From a candidate division FCPU426 bacterium (GTDB lineage Bacteria; Oederibacteriota; Muellerivitia; Muellerivitales; Muellerivitaceae): a stretch of DNA of 64,000 bases. Positions 11,462 to 20,837 of this stretch are shown piece by piece. Each line of letters opens with the position of its first letter. Positions within the stretch are counted from its first letter, which is position 1. Where the stretch lies: the NCBI GenBank assembly GCA_963830915.1, contig CAWHOE010000051.1, forward strand, positions 1 to 64,000. Reading direction: 5' to 3'. Both the position numbers and the translations under genes were made by a program. The notes under the pieces were generated by a model that had not been told where the DNA came from, did not search any database, and saw nothing but the letters and a program-made list of their open reading frames with translations.

Positions 11462-11845
11462 ATGACCGGTTTATTCCTGGCGATCGGTGTGGTTTCAGGC
11501 GTGACGGCGGGGATCTTCGGAGTTGGAGGGGGCATACTCATTGTCCCGGCCCTGACCTTTCTGGCTGGTTTTACCCAAGAGAGCGCCACGGGGACCAGTC
11601 TGGCGGTCCTGCTTCCTCCCGTGGGTCTGCTGGCGGTCATGCAGTACTACAAAATGGGTCATGTCGATATCAAAGCGGCGGTCCTGATCGCGTTAGGGCT
11701 TTTCGCAGGAGCCTGGCTGGGAGCTTTCGTCGCTCATAAGATGGGGGACGCCTGGCTCAAGATGTCCTTTGGTATTTTCGTCACCCTGGTAGGTATTTGG
11801 ATCGTCATGGGTGCCCTCAAGGGTGTACAGATGAAGGGACTTTGA
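11462..11845 (+). CDS. TauE/SafE family sulfite exporter (half-size)
   Basis: GIFGVGGGILIVPAL and ATGTSLA motifs. Confidence 0.88.
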   Translation: MTGLFLAIGVVSGVTAGIFGVGGGILIVPALTFLAGFTQESATGTSLAVLLPPVGLLAVMQYYKMGHVDIKAAVLIALGLFAGAWLGAFVAHKMGDAWLKMSFGIFVTLVGIWIVMGALKGVQMKGL

Positions 11846-11859
11846 AGCGGGTAATTAAC

Positions 11860-12498
11860 TCATCGGTCTTTATATTTGACGCTACAACCATACGGAGGCG
11901 TTGACTTAATGGAGACCTCTTGACCAGATGTCGCTTCCTGGAGGGCCTGGTCAACATAGTTGAGGTAAGGCTCGCCTTTTTGGTTTTTTTCAGAAATGTC
12001 ATCTTCCAACGGCGCGTTATCTACAGCGCCGTTATAAATAAGAACACCCTCAGGATTGATAATGAACATTTGGGGGGTGGTTTTAGCCCCGTAGGCACGA
12101 CCTATGACACCGGATGGATCAAGCAAAGTGGCGGTCGCGATAGCGCCGTTGCGGACCGCGTCCAAATTCGCTTTCCTGGCCGTCACATAGCCATCTTTTC
12201 CGGGGGCGGAAGAGATCACCCTCAACCAAATGACGCCTTTGTGTGTCCATTCCTGCTGTAGCTTTTGCATCTTCCCTTTGTACTGACTTTGAGTAAAAGG
12301 GCAGTCGTGATTGTGCCATTCCAATATCACGAATTTACCATTGTAATCGGAAAGTTTTTGGGTCTTTCCGAAAGTGTCTTTCCCGGTAAAGCTGGGAGCT
12401 TTTTCCCCCACTTTTGCCGCTTGAACGGATATTATCCCGAGCCAAAATGTGATAAGCGCCAATGCCAAGCGATTGTTTTTGTGACCTAAGCTCCACAT
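11860..12498 (-). CDS. Exported redoxin (AhpC/TSA-like thioredoxin fold)
   Basis: Signal-like N-terminus, APSFT, LEWHNHDCPF, YGAKTTP, PYGCSVKY. Confidence 0.85.
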   Translation of the reverse strand: MWSLGHKNNRLALALITFWLGIISVQAAKVGEKAPSFTGKDTFGKTQKLSDYNGKFVILEWHNHDCPFTQSQYKGKMQKLQQEWTHKGVIWLRVISSAPGKDGYVTARKANLDAVRNGAIATATLLDPSGVIGRAYGAKTTPQMFIINPEGVLIYNGAVDNAPLEDDISEKNQKGEPYLNYVDQALQEATSGQEVSIKSTPPYGCSVKYKDR

Positions 12499-12508
12499 AA
12501 AATGGGAT

Positions 12509-13903
12509 TTAAAACGGGAGGTGATCCGTTCTGGGCCGGGCGAAGGTGCCCTCGGCCCAAGCCATGACCTTTTTTTCATTGGAAAGTTCCGCCTTCAATA
12601 GGTATAGCGGCGGCCTGGAGGTAACGACCCAGGCCTTGATCTCTATGGCCGCCTCGCAAGGGATAGGATGAACGAAGCGGACATGGAGATCGCCCGTAAC
12701 AGCCTTTATTTTATGATGAAAAAGGCAATGTGTCATTGCCGCGTCAAGCAGGGAAGAAATCACGCCTCCGTGGAGCATGCTTTCATACCCTTGTAATCCG
12801 GCGTTTCCTTGAAATTGCGCCCAGACCGAATCGTCCTTTCCCGGTTGGAAGCTTAATTTCATGGATGATGGGTTCAAGTCCCCGCAGACCAAACAATAGC
12901 CATGCCCGTTTTTTGCGGCGAAAGAAATGTGATCCGCAGATATCGACTGGGGTTTCAAAATCTTTGGCCCTATCTCACTGTCGCCTTCGCCTGGTTTTTC
13001 CCTCCATTGCCCAAGAAGAGCGGGATTTTCGCAGACCTCGATTTCCGGTTCCAAAGTCGCGTGGTTAATGTTCCAGTTTTTGTGTAAATATTCTTTCAAC
13101 CTCCAAAGAAGTTGACTGATGGTCCGTGAGTCGTTTTCCACGGAGACGGCCAAATGTGCCGTCAGAAGACGCTGCCCAGGTCCGTTTTCCCAAAGATGGA
13201 TATGATGTAATTGTACTTCGGGAAAATCCTTGGCCACCCGACACGCCAGATCGGCCACATCAATATCAACAGGGGCTCCTTCCAAGAGCGTTAAAAAAAC
13301 ACGGCGTAGAAGGCCAAAGGCACCGCTGACCATCAGGGTCCCTATGACAAGCGCGGCTATGGAATCCATCCAATGCCCTGGACGCAGAGGGGCCAACAGG
13401 GCGGCCAGCACTACGGCCAGTGAGGAAAGCGCGTCCTGAAGCATATGGATAAAGGCGCCCCGAACATTGACATCATCGTGATGATGATGTTTCAGTAGAA
13501 AGACCGATCCTAGATTCGCCGCCAGCGCAAATAAACCAACAGGCAGCATGATCCCTATTTTGGGCATCCCTGGATTTCCTAGTTCGAGAAGCGCTTGGCG
13601 GACGATCAGTGTGGCTAAAACCAGGAGGAAGACCGCGTTCGCCATGGAGGCTAGGATCTCCAATCTTTTAAAACCATAAGTGAACCGGGCCGTAGGAGGT
13701 AGCCGGCCAAATCGCCTGGCCGCGATGGCCAAACCAATGGAGCCCACATCGCTCAAGTTGTGGATCGCGTCGGAAAGGAGGGCTAAACTTCCCGAAAGAA
13801 ACCCGGCCAGGGTTTCCGTCAATGTAATGGTTAAATTAAGGAATAGGGATATCCAAAGCCTACGGTCAAGGTTCACGGGCGGGTGGTGCGAGTGTTGGCT
13901 CAT
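12509..13903 (-). CDS. CDF-family cation efflux transporter fused to a C-terminal PaaI-like hotdog thioesterase
   Basis: SLALLSDAIHNLSD, TYGFKRLE, His-rich loop, HHIHLW, HATLEPE; then CLVCG..NP and LHGGVISSLLDAAM. Confidence 0.85.
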   Translation of the reverse strand: MSQHSHHPPVNLDRRLWISLFLNLTITLTETLAGFLSGSLALLSDAIHNLSDVGSIGLAIAARRFGRLPPTARFTYGFKRLEILASMANAVFLLVLATLIVRQALLELGNPGMPKIGIMLPVGLFALAANLGSVFLLKHHHHDDVNVRGAFIHMLQDALSSLAVVLAALLAPLRPGHWMDSIAALVIGTLMVSGAFGLLRRVFLTLLEGAPVDIDVADLACRVAKDFPEVQLHHIHLWENGPGQRLLTAHLAVSVENDSRTISQLLWRLKEYLHKNWNINHATLEPEIEVCENPALLGQWREKPGEGDSEIGPKILKPQSISADHISFAAKNGHGYCLVCGDLNPSSMKLSFQPGKDDSVWAQFQGNAGLQGYESMLHGGVISSLLDAAMTHCLFHHKIKAVTGDLHVRFVHPIPCEAAIEIKAWVVTSRPPLYLLKAELSNEKKVMAWAEGTFARPRTDHLPF

Positions 13904-13975
13904 TATTATCTCCTTCATGGAAACAAATCGGCCCAGGATGAATTTGGGTTCGTATCGCTCGACGGCAAAAGACGC

Positions 13976-14812
13976 TCAAAACTGGTAAGTCATTCCAACC
14001 GCTCCCTTTGATACTCGTTCCCCAAGATTCTCCTTTAATGCGGCTACGGCATGTTCGCCTGTGCAATGGCATGGGACTATCCATTCCGGGCAGAAGGATC
14101 GCAAAGCGGCCATTGTCGAATCCAGACGTCGACTATCCGCATTAAGTAGGTGAAAACCGCCGAGGACGGCTTTTAATTTTGCCCCGCTTTCCATACGGAG
14201 AATATGGTTAAGCGTATTGATAAGCCCGGCGTGACAACAACCCGCACAAACCACAAGTCCTTCCTTTGTTCGAATCCAAATTGCGAGATCATCGTCAATG
14301 GGATCTTTCTGGCTTCCTTTTGGGTCAAGGAAAAAAGGCCCTCCGGTGTCCTCGTAGTCTGTTTCTCGCGGGATGGGGCCGGTAATCCCGATCTTTTCGT
14401 ACAGGAACATGGATTGTGAAACCCAACGGATTTGCGTCGGAGGCAACTTTTCGATAGCCCTTATGGATTCGTTCGGCATTTGAATCGCTCTGGGCACACT
14501 CCCGTGGAGGCTGTACCGGGGTCGCGTTATACCTGGGTGGCAAAAAACCTCGATCTTCTCAGAATCCTTCAGGACTTGAGGAATACCACCTGTGTGGTCG
14601 TAATGCCCATGGCTCAAGATGAGAATGTCGGTTTCATTCAAAGCCACACCCAGTGTTCGGGCGTTGTGTGCCAAGGATGTTCCCTGACCAGTATCAAAGA
14701 GAACGCGCTTTCCTTCCGTCTCTATCCAAAAAGATAAGCCGTGTTCCGCGATGTGCCCATCGGCGGTTCCGTTGTCGACCAAGATCGTGATCTTCACATC
14801 AGGCGAGGGCAT
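13976..14812 (-). CDS. MBL-fold metallo-hydrolase
   Basis: ITILVDN, EHGLSF, LFDTG, SHGHYDHTGG, GCCHAG, GGFHL, PCHCTG. Confidence 0.92.
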   Translation of the reverse strand: MPSPDVKITILVDNGTADGHIAEHGLSFWIETEGKRVLFDTGQGTSLAHNARTLGVALNETDILILSHGHYDHTGGIPQVLKDSEKIEVFCHPGITRPRYSLHGSVPRAIQMPNESIRAIEKLPPTQIRWVSQSMFLYEKIGITGPIPRETDYEDTGGPFFLDPKGSQKDPIDDDLAIWIRTKEGLVVCAGCCHAGLINTLNHILRMESGAKLKAVLGGFHLLNADSRRLDSTMAALRSFCPEWIVPCHCTGEHAVAALKENLGERVSKGAVGMTYQF

Positions 14813-14890
14813 AAAAAACCTTACCGCGCGAAATAGGCCTCGCGCATGGCCGTCGCTATTAGAGATCAAATCCTTCGCGCGAAAAAGGCA

Positions 14891-15706
14891 CTAAAAATCC
14901 TCAGCTATGATCTTGAGGCTGATCGTAGGTTCGCTCTTTCGACGCTTATAAATGACTTCTTCCATCTCCTCCAGAACAGGAATGACCGCGTTGCCAGAAC
15001 CGATCAAACTCAAATGGGCCGATTTCAAGGTTCCGGGATAACTGTGAAGACCAGCGAAGTGTTTGGGAGACTGATGAATATAGGTGTATCCCTGGGGATG
15101 GTAACGACAAGTGGATTCAATCACCGGTTTCTGGTCACCTTTATTCAACGCTTTCGTAAGCATGACTTCCAAGCTGTCCTCATCCAATTTCCGGTCCGAA
15201 ATGTCGAAAAATACGGAGGACACATAATAATTCATATTCGAATCTATCCTGAATACTTCCAAAGCGCCCTGAATTGAGTGGAAGAGTTTTTCCGGTTCCT
15301 CCTGGTTCGCCATTTCCTTGCTTACGATTTCGCTCAGACGAATCGCCTTAACCGGCTCACCCAGTATTTGGTTCGTCCGTTCAAGCATCAATCGCCCATC
15401 CTTTTCAGGACTGCAGGTATAAAGCTCATCGATCAACGTTTTGGATGAAGGGTCGTAGATCAGGACCCGGTGGGACTCGGAAAGGATCCAGGAGTATTTC
15501 AGGACATCCAACTCCCCCACCTTGCCAAGCCCGGGAAAGGGAACGATATCAAGGATAATGAAGTTGTTTTCTAAGACGGTTTCCGTTCCCAATTCCTGCA
15601 AAGCCAAACAACGTTTTTTTATGTCATCCGAGAAAAAAACATCTTTGTAAATCGAAAACAGACAAGTGCCTTTGGCGTATTTTGAATCATCCATGCATTC
15701 GGCCAT
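14891..15706 (-). CDS. Putative S-adenosylmethionine decarboxylase-like pyruvoyl proenzyme with two tandem domains
   Basis: N-terminal half has ILSESH and ELYTCS; C-terminal half has YHPQGYT and LHSYP. Confidence 0.6.
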   Translation of the reverse strand: MAECMDDSKYAKGTCLFSIYKDVFFSDDIKKRCLALQELGTETVLENNFIILDIVPFPGLGKVGELDVLKYSWILSESHRVLIYDPSSKTLIDELYTCSPEKDGRLMLERTNQILGEPVKAIRLSEIVSKEMANQEEPEKLFHSIQGALEVFRIDSNMNYYVSSVFFDISDRKLDEDSLEVMLTKALNKGDQKPVIESTCRYHPQGYTYIHQSPKHFAGLHSYPGTLKSAHLSLIGSGNAVIPVLEEMEEVIYKRRKSEPTISLKIIAEDF

Positions 15707-15778
15707 GATATTTTATCCTTTCTTAAGAGCGTAGGTTCCTGGTTGTGGCCAACGCAAGGACCGGTCAGCTTTTGAATT

Positions 15779-17611
15779 TCAATCGGCTTGCGGCAAATCG
15801 ACATCCGGGAAGTTGTCCATGGTCCTCTTTTGGATCATTTTTAACAAAACCACCATGGCTATCGCGCTGGACATCTGGATTTGCTTTTCGACCACATACC
15901 TTCGCCAGGTCACCGTTCGTTCACGAACCTCGTTGGCCCCGACGATCCAGATATTGGGTGTTTTCCTGGTTACGGCGTTACGGACCTTTTTTGAGAAAGA
16001 ATCATTGGTCGTATCCACTTCGACCCGAACAAATTGATCCCTCAAAGAAACCGAAAGTTCATTGGCATAATCAAAAAAATCCTCCGCTATCGGGATGATT
16101 TTCACCTGGAGGGGAGACATCCAAGTCGGGAAAGCCCCGCCCCAGCGCTCGATCAGGAACGAGATGAACCTCTCGTGGGTCCCCAAGGGGGCGCGGTGGA
16201 TGATGAATGGCCTTAATTTGGTCCCGTCGGGCGCTGTGTATTCCAGCCGGAACCGCTCCGGCATGGTGAAATCAAGCTGGATGGTAGCGGCGGTTTCCTC
16301 CCTCCCCAATACGTTCTCGGTTTGATAATCGATCTTGGGACCGTAAAAAGCCGCCTCGCCTAGGACTTCCTCGTATTCCACTTCCAGTTCTTTCAGTACC
16401 GCTCGTAGGATCTCTTCGGTTTCGATCCACAGGGTTTCGTTCCCGGCGAACTTCTCTTTGTCCTGATCGTGGAGGGAAAGACGGACCCATATCTTGTCCA
16501 TTCTGAATTTCTCGAAATAAAACTTATGCATGGCAACGATCTTTTTGATCTCGCTTTTGATCTGGTCCTGGGCGCAATAAATATGGGCGTCATTCATGGT
16601 GAGGCCCCGTACTCTCAGCAAGCCCGCCAGCTGCCCAGACTTCTCGAAACGGTAAACCGTGCCATACTCAGCCAGCCGAATGGGAAGCTCCCGGTAACTG
16701 CGGGGACGGTTCAGATAGATCATGTGATGATGGGGGCAATTCATGGGCTTCAAGTAAAACTCTTCCGGGGGCGAGTCCGGGTCCTTTTCCAAACTGCGCA
16801 TGGGGGGGAACATGGCGTCTTTATAAAGCTTTAAGTGGCCGGAAAGTTTATAGAGTTCGCCATTGGCGATATGGGGGGTCGCTACCCGCGTGTAGCCATC
16901 CTTGAATTCCATTTCCTTGGCGAATTTTTCCAATTCATCCCGCAATATGGTGCCGTTGGGCAGCCAAAGGGGAAGCCCTTTTCCGACGTGCTCGTCCATA
17001 GTGAAAAGTTCAAGCTCTTGACCAAGCTTTCGATGGTCCCGCTTGAGGGCAAGCTCGCGGTTCTTGGTGAATTCTTTCAATTCTTTTTCGTTGGAGAAAC
17101 AAAGGCCGTAGATGCGGGTCAACATGGGACGCTTGGAATCCCCCCGCCAGTAACTGCCCGCGATGTTATCCAGCTTGAAGGCCGTGACGGGGATTTCCGA
17201 GGTATTGGCGACGTGCGGTCCCTCGCACATATCCACGAAGGATCCGCACGAGTAAAAGCTTAAGGATTCGCCCGCATTCAATAGAGCCTTGGCATATTCG
17301 AGCTTTAGTTTCTGCCCCATCTGGTCCAGTTTTTTCAGGGCTTGTTCCGTGGGAAGGTTTTCTCGAACGAAATTTTGTTTTTCTTGGACGATTCTACGCA
17401 TCCGTTTTTCAAGGTCCCGCAAGTCGGCTTCCGTGAGGGGGGTCTCTAAGAGAAAATCATAGTAAAACCCCGTGCGGATCGGCGGGCCAAAGCCCAATTG
17501 GGCTTTGGGACGGATCTGAAGGACGGCTTGGGCGAGAATATGGGCCAAGGAATGGCGAATTTTGAAGAGGTTTTCATCCATGCGGTGTTTGGGTTCGTAT
17601 TTGTCCGACAT
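15779..17611 (-). CDS. thrS: Threonine--tRNA ligase (no N-terminal TGS domain)
   Basis: RHSLAHILAQAV, DMCEGPH, RDHRKLG, KPMNCPHH, GLLRVRG, GEAAFYGPKID, IHRA. Confidence 0.96.
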   Translation of the reverse strand: MSDKYEPKHRMDENLFKIRHSLAHILAQAVLQIRPKAQLGFGPPIRTGFYYDFLLETPLTEADLRDLEKRMRRIVQEKQNFVRENLPTEQALKKLDQMGQKLKLEYAKALLNAGESLSFYSCGSFVDMCEGPHVANTSEIPVTAFKLDNIAGSYWRGDSKRPMLTRIYGLCFSNEKELKEFTKNRELALKRDHRKLGQELELFTMDEHVGKGLPLWLPNGTILRDELEKFAKEMEFKDGYTRVATPHIANGELYKLSGHLKLYKDAMFPPMRSLEKDPDSPPEEFYLKPMNCPHHHMIYLNRPRSYRELPIRLAEYGTVYRFEKSGQLAGLLRVRGLTMNDAHIYCAQDQIKSEIKKIVAMHKFYFEKFRMDKIWVRLSLHDQDKEKFAGNETLWIETEEILRAVLKELEVEYEEVLGEAAFYGPKIDYQTENVLGREETAATIQLDFTMPERFRLEYTAPDGTKLRPFIIHRAPLGTHERFISFLIERWGGAFPTWMSPLQVKIIPIAEDFFDYANELSVSLRDQFVRVEVDTTNDSFSKKVRNAVTRKTPNIWIVGANEVRERTVTWRRYVVEKQIQMSSAIAMVVLLKMIQKRTMDNFPDVDLPQAD

Positions 17612-17698
17612 CAGGTTTCCTGGTACAAAAAAAAATTACTAAGCTTGCCCTAAATCCAGAGACGACCTTGAAACAGATAATATCCCTCGCCGGGGGGT

Positions 17699-18025
17699 TT
17701 ATTGAACCGCGGGTGGTCGACGGGAAAAGAAGTTGGATTTTAGAAAACACACGATCCAGTTCCAATGAAGTACAAAGTGGGCCAAGGTTAGGGCGACAAG
17801 CGCCACCGAAAGGAAGAAGTGAAAGTCCAGCCATTGAGAACGGTGGATCCCAAGAAACCATCTGGAGGTCTCCGCCTCAATATTTCCAATGCCGCCACGC
17901 CATCCTCCGCCTTCCCCACAGTGCGAGGGAACTACCCACTTCAATACTGCGCCCGTTGAAGCCAACCCGAGGAAAGTCAAAAATAGCCCAAAATCGACCC
18001 AGAAATTAAGAATTGCTTTTTTCAT
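17699..18025 (-). CDS. DUF4405-like membrane protein (putative heme b binding)
   Basis: NFWVD...STG...WLDFHFF...HFVLHWNWI. Confidence 0.75.
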   Translation of the reverse strand: MKKAILNFWVDFGLFLTFLGLASTGAVLKWVVPSHCGEGGGWRGGIGNIEAETSRWFLGIHRSQWLDFHFFLSVALVALTLAHFVLHWNWIVCFLKSNFFSRRPPAVQ

Positions 18026-18064
18026 TAGACGCCTCCACTGAGAAATTTCAGGTGCATGTAAAAT

Positions 18065-18277
18065 TTATAGAAGCCTACTAGCTTTGTAGCCTTCCTGATC
18101 CAAGATTTGAATTGCGGTTTCAAGGGTGAAGGTGTGATCGTGGTTAATAACCGCTTTAGGAGGTACCAACTGTACTTCCGCTTTCTCCACTCCCGGGAGT
18201 GAAGTTAAGGCTTTTTGAGCGGTTTGGACACAGTGTTGGCAGGTCATACCTTCGATTTCAAGAAGAGTAACGGCCAT
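18065..18277 (-). CDS. copZ: Heavy-metal-associated (HMA) chaperone, CopZ-like
   Basis: IEGMTCQHCV motif, 70 aa. Confidence 0.88.
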   Translation of the reverse strand: MAVTLLEIEGMTCQHCVQTAQKALTSLPGVEKAEVQLVPPKAVINHDHTFTLETAIQILDQEGYKASRLL

Positions 18278-18391
18278 GGGAAACCCCTTCCTTTAAGAGG
18301 GGGATGAACCTCGGTGTTGAGTTAAAAAATATTATTTAGAGATTCATCCCGCCCCGATTAATTCGGCATGAAAATGGAATTTCTCCCGGTT

Positions 18392-19654
18392 TTATACACG
18401 CGCCGGGGTTTTCCCACTTTTGTCGGAGTTTGCTGTCACCTTTGGGACTGCTGTCACGAAAATACCGAACTTCTTGATCTCTTCCAGACGGCAGCTCCAA
18501 TAAAGCTTTCCCTCATGAACGGTTATATCGGGGCAACTATCGCACATGCTCATACGACCGTCCGGTAAAAGATCGACCGGTTGGATGATGGCGAAATTCT
18601 GCATGTAGACGCGGCTGAACCACGCGGTCGGGTCGAGGAGGAATCTCAAAAGGGACTTGCGCATGGCGGAATCACCCCACCCCAGGAATAAGAGAGTGGA
18701 ACGCCCGGCATGAAGCAGGGCAGGGGACGCGTAACTCAACCAGGTGCCGAAGAATCGGTGATGGAAGGTCTGGATGAATTCCATGAACCGTGGACTGGTA
18801 TAGCCGAAGGTTTTTTTTCGGTTAGCGATACGGGTGGCCAGGGTCCATTTCATGTCGTTGGCCTCGATGCTTCCGTTCAGGTATCCGGCGGGCTCATAGG
18901 CGGGGTCCGCCTCCCGGATTTTGGCCACAATATCGTGGGCCTTAAGGTTTTTCTCCCCTCCCCAGCTCGCTTTTATGTAAGTCTCGTAGAGGTCAACCTT
19001 TTTGTTGAAGGCGTAAAAGTCGAAGTTGGCCGACATGCCTGGAGTTCTGAAAAGAATGAACACCATGGTATTGATCATGTCCGGATACTTTTCGGCCCAG
19101 CGGACAATATCGGGGACCTGATCCAGGGTCTGCTCAGAAACAGTCTGGTTGAAACCGCAGACCATCCCCCCTTCCTTGTAAATCATGATGGCTAATTTCT
19201 GCCGCAGGTCGATATGACCTTGTTCAGTGTCGGCCTGGGAATCACGGCGTTTTTGGGTGGTGTCAATATGGAAGGTAAATCCGAATAAACCTGCTTTTTT
19301 AAGATCTTTCAAAAGATCCGAGGACAGGGCCAACCCATTGGTGTTCATGATGGGTTTCCAACCATATTGGCGAACCATCCGGACGATATCGAGGATCTGG
19401 GGATGCATAAGCGGTTCGCCCCCGGCGATACTGACGCTATCCACTTTGCGCACGGCCTTGATGACCTTGAATTCTTCCTCGATGTCGGCCAGTGACTTAT
19501 GGCTGTCCTTGATATTTTCGTGGTAACAACCCTCGCAGGTCAGATTGCACTGGGATGTGACCTCCAACCAGAAGATACCGTTGTCGCTTAAGGACCAGGG
19601 CATACGGTAGTACTTTTGTGGATCCAAGGGTTTGATTTCATTGATGGGCATCAC
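18392..19654 (-). CDS. Radical SAM protein
   Basis: CNLTCEGCY, GGEPLMHP, NTNG; C-terminal CDSCPD...SCR. Confidence 0.9.
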   Translation of the reverse strand: MMPINEIKPLDPQKYYRMPWSLSDNGIFWLEVTSQCNLTCEGCYHENIKDSHKSLADIEEEFKVIKAVRKVDSVSIAGGEPLMHPQILDIVRMVRQYGWKPIMNTNGLALSSDLLKDLKKAGLFGFTFHIDTTQKRRDSQADTEQGHIDLRQKLAIMIYKEGGMVCGFNQTVSEQTLDQVPDIVRWAEKYPDMINTMVFILFRTPGMSANFDFYAFNKKVDLYETYIKASWGGEKNLKAHDIVAKIREADPAYEPAGYLNGSIEANDMKWTLATRIANRKKTFGYTSPRFMEFIQTFHHRFFGTWLSYASPALLHAGRSTLLFLGWGDSAMRKSLLRFLLDPTAWFSRVYMQNFAIIQPVDLLPDGRMSMCDSCPDITVHEGKLYWSCRLEEIKKFGIFVTAVPKVTANSDKSGKTPARV

Positions 19655-19704
19655 AATCCTCCAAGGTTCTATGGTAAGTTTTCGAATTTAGATGGATGTA
19701 TTCA

Positions 19705-20079
19705 CTAATCCGAGCATTTGTGGTCGGAACCGTGGCCGCCGCAACAATCCTCCACGACCGCGGGTTGAAGGCCGTTTTTCTTGGAAGCCAGCATGACTTC
19801 CTCCACGGTGTGATGCCCGGACAGGAACACTTCGATCCCGGCGGCCCGCAGCTTGAGAAGGGCGCCTCTCCCGATCCCTCCGACCACGACGCCGTCGATG
19901 GTCTCAGCGGAAAGGGCTTGGACCGGCCGGCACTCACCGTGCACGTGGACCTGGTTGGCCAGTGACCGACAAGACGCTGTTTCCGTGTCGACCACTAAAA
20001 AATACTTTGATGAGCCGAAATGTGGATTCACTTCGCTTTGAAGACCTTTGTCTTCCTGGACGGGTATGCAGAGCTTCAT
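19705..20079 (-). CDS. NifB/NifX (Fe-Mo cofactor-binding) family protein
   Basis: HFGSSKYF and VVGGIGRGA, Cys/His-rich tail. Confidence 0.88.
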   Translation of the reverse strand: MKLCIPVQEDKGLQSEVNPHFGSSKYFLVVDTETASCRSLANQVHVHGECRPVQALSAETIDGVVVGGIGRGALLKLRAAGIEVFLSGHHTVEEVMLASKKNGLQPAVVEDCCGGHGSDHKCSD

Positions 20080-20151
20080 GATTGATTCTCCTTTAATGAA
20101 GATGAACGGGATAGGGGGTCGAAACCGCGGAGGATGAGGTGTTGTTGAGGT

Positions 20152-20177
20152 TTATTATGAACATATGCTCATAATAA
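20152..20177. promoter_or_regulatory. 26-bp near-perfect palindromic operator overlapping a minus-strand promoter
   Basis: TTATTATGAACATATGCTCATAATAA; the minus strand reads TTGATT-N16-CATAAT across it. Confidence 0.7.
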
Positions 20178-20229
20178 TCAACTAGAAAAACGGGGAAGGG
20201 CGCGTTGGATGCCCGGTGTTCTGCGGCCC

Positions 20230-20790
20230 TTAGATGAAAACCGTCGATTTGCTGGTGCCGGCCTGCTGAAGGAATTTGGCCACCCCGGCCGGTTTCATGC
20301 CGGGATAGTCGATCAATTCCTCCATCTTCATGCCCATCAGGTCCATGCTCATCTCGCACACGTAAATTTCCACGCCGTATTCACCGGCTTTTTTCATCAA
20401 CTCTTCCAGCGACATTACGTTCTTTTTCTTCATGAGGCCTTTCATCATGGAAGTTCCCATCCCCATCATGTGCATCTTGGAAAGCGCCAGGTCTGGACTG
20501 CCTTTGGGGAGCATCTGTCCGAACATGGCGGCCATAAAGTCCTTGCCCTTCGGGGATTTCTTGGGATCACGCAAGGCCGCGGTGGCCCAGAAAGTGAAGA
20601 ACATGGTGACCTTCTCGAACATGGCGCTGGCCCCGGTAGCGATGATGAAGGCGGCCAAAAGTTTGTCCAGGTCGCCGCTCATGACCACCATGGAAAACTT
20701 GTCCTCGGGCGCGTTGGCCTTGAGCTGGGCGACCTCAGCCTCTAGGGTTTCGATCCTCTTGGCGATCTCCTGCGTGTTGAACTCTGACAT
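20230..20790 (-). CDS. DsrE2/DrsE-like sulfur relay protein
   Basis: SGDLDK, IATGA, MFFTFW, CEMSMDLMG, GVAKFL. Confidence 0.9.
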   Translation of the reverse strand: MSEFNTQEIAKRIETLEAEVAQLKANAPEDKFSMVVMSGDLDKLLAAFIIATGASAMFEKVTMFFTFWATAALRDPKKSPKGKDFMAAMFGQMLPKGSPDLALSKMHMMGMGTSMMKGLMKKKNVMSLEELMKKAGEYGVEIYVCEMSMDLMGMKMEELIDYPGMKPAGVAKFLQQAGTSKSTVFI

Positions 20791-20837
20791 GATCCCCTCC
20801 TTTTCGATCTTTTTTAGAAAACACGAACCTTCGTTAT

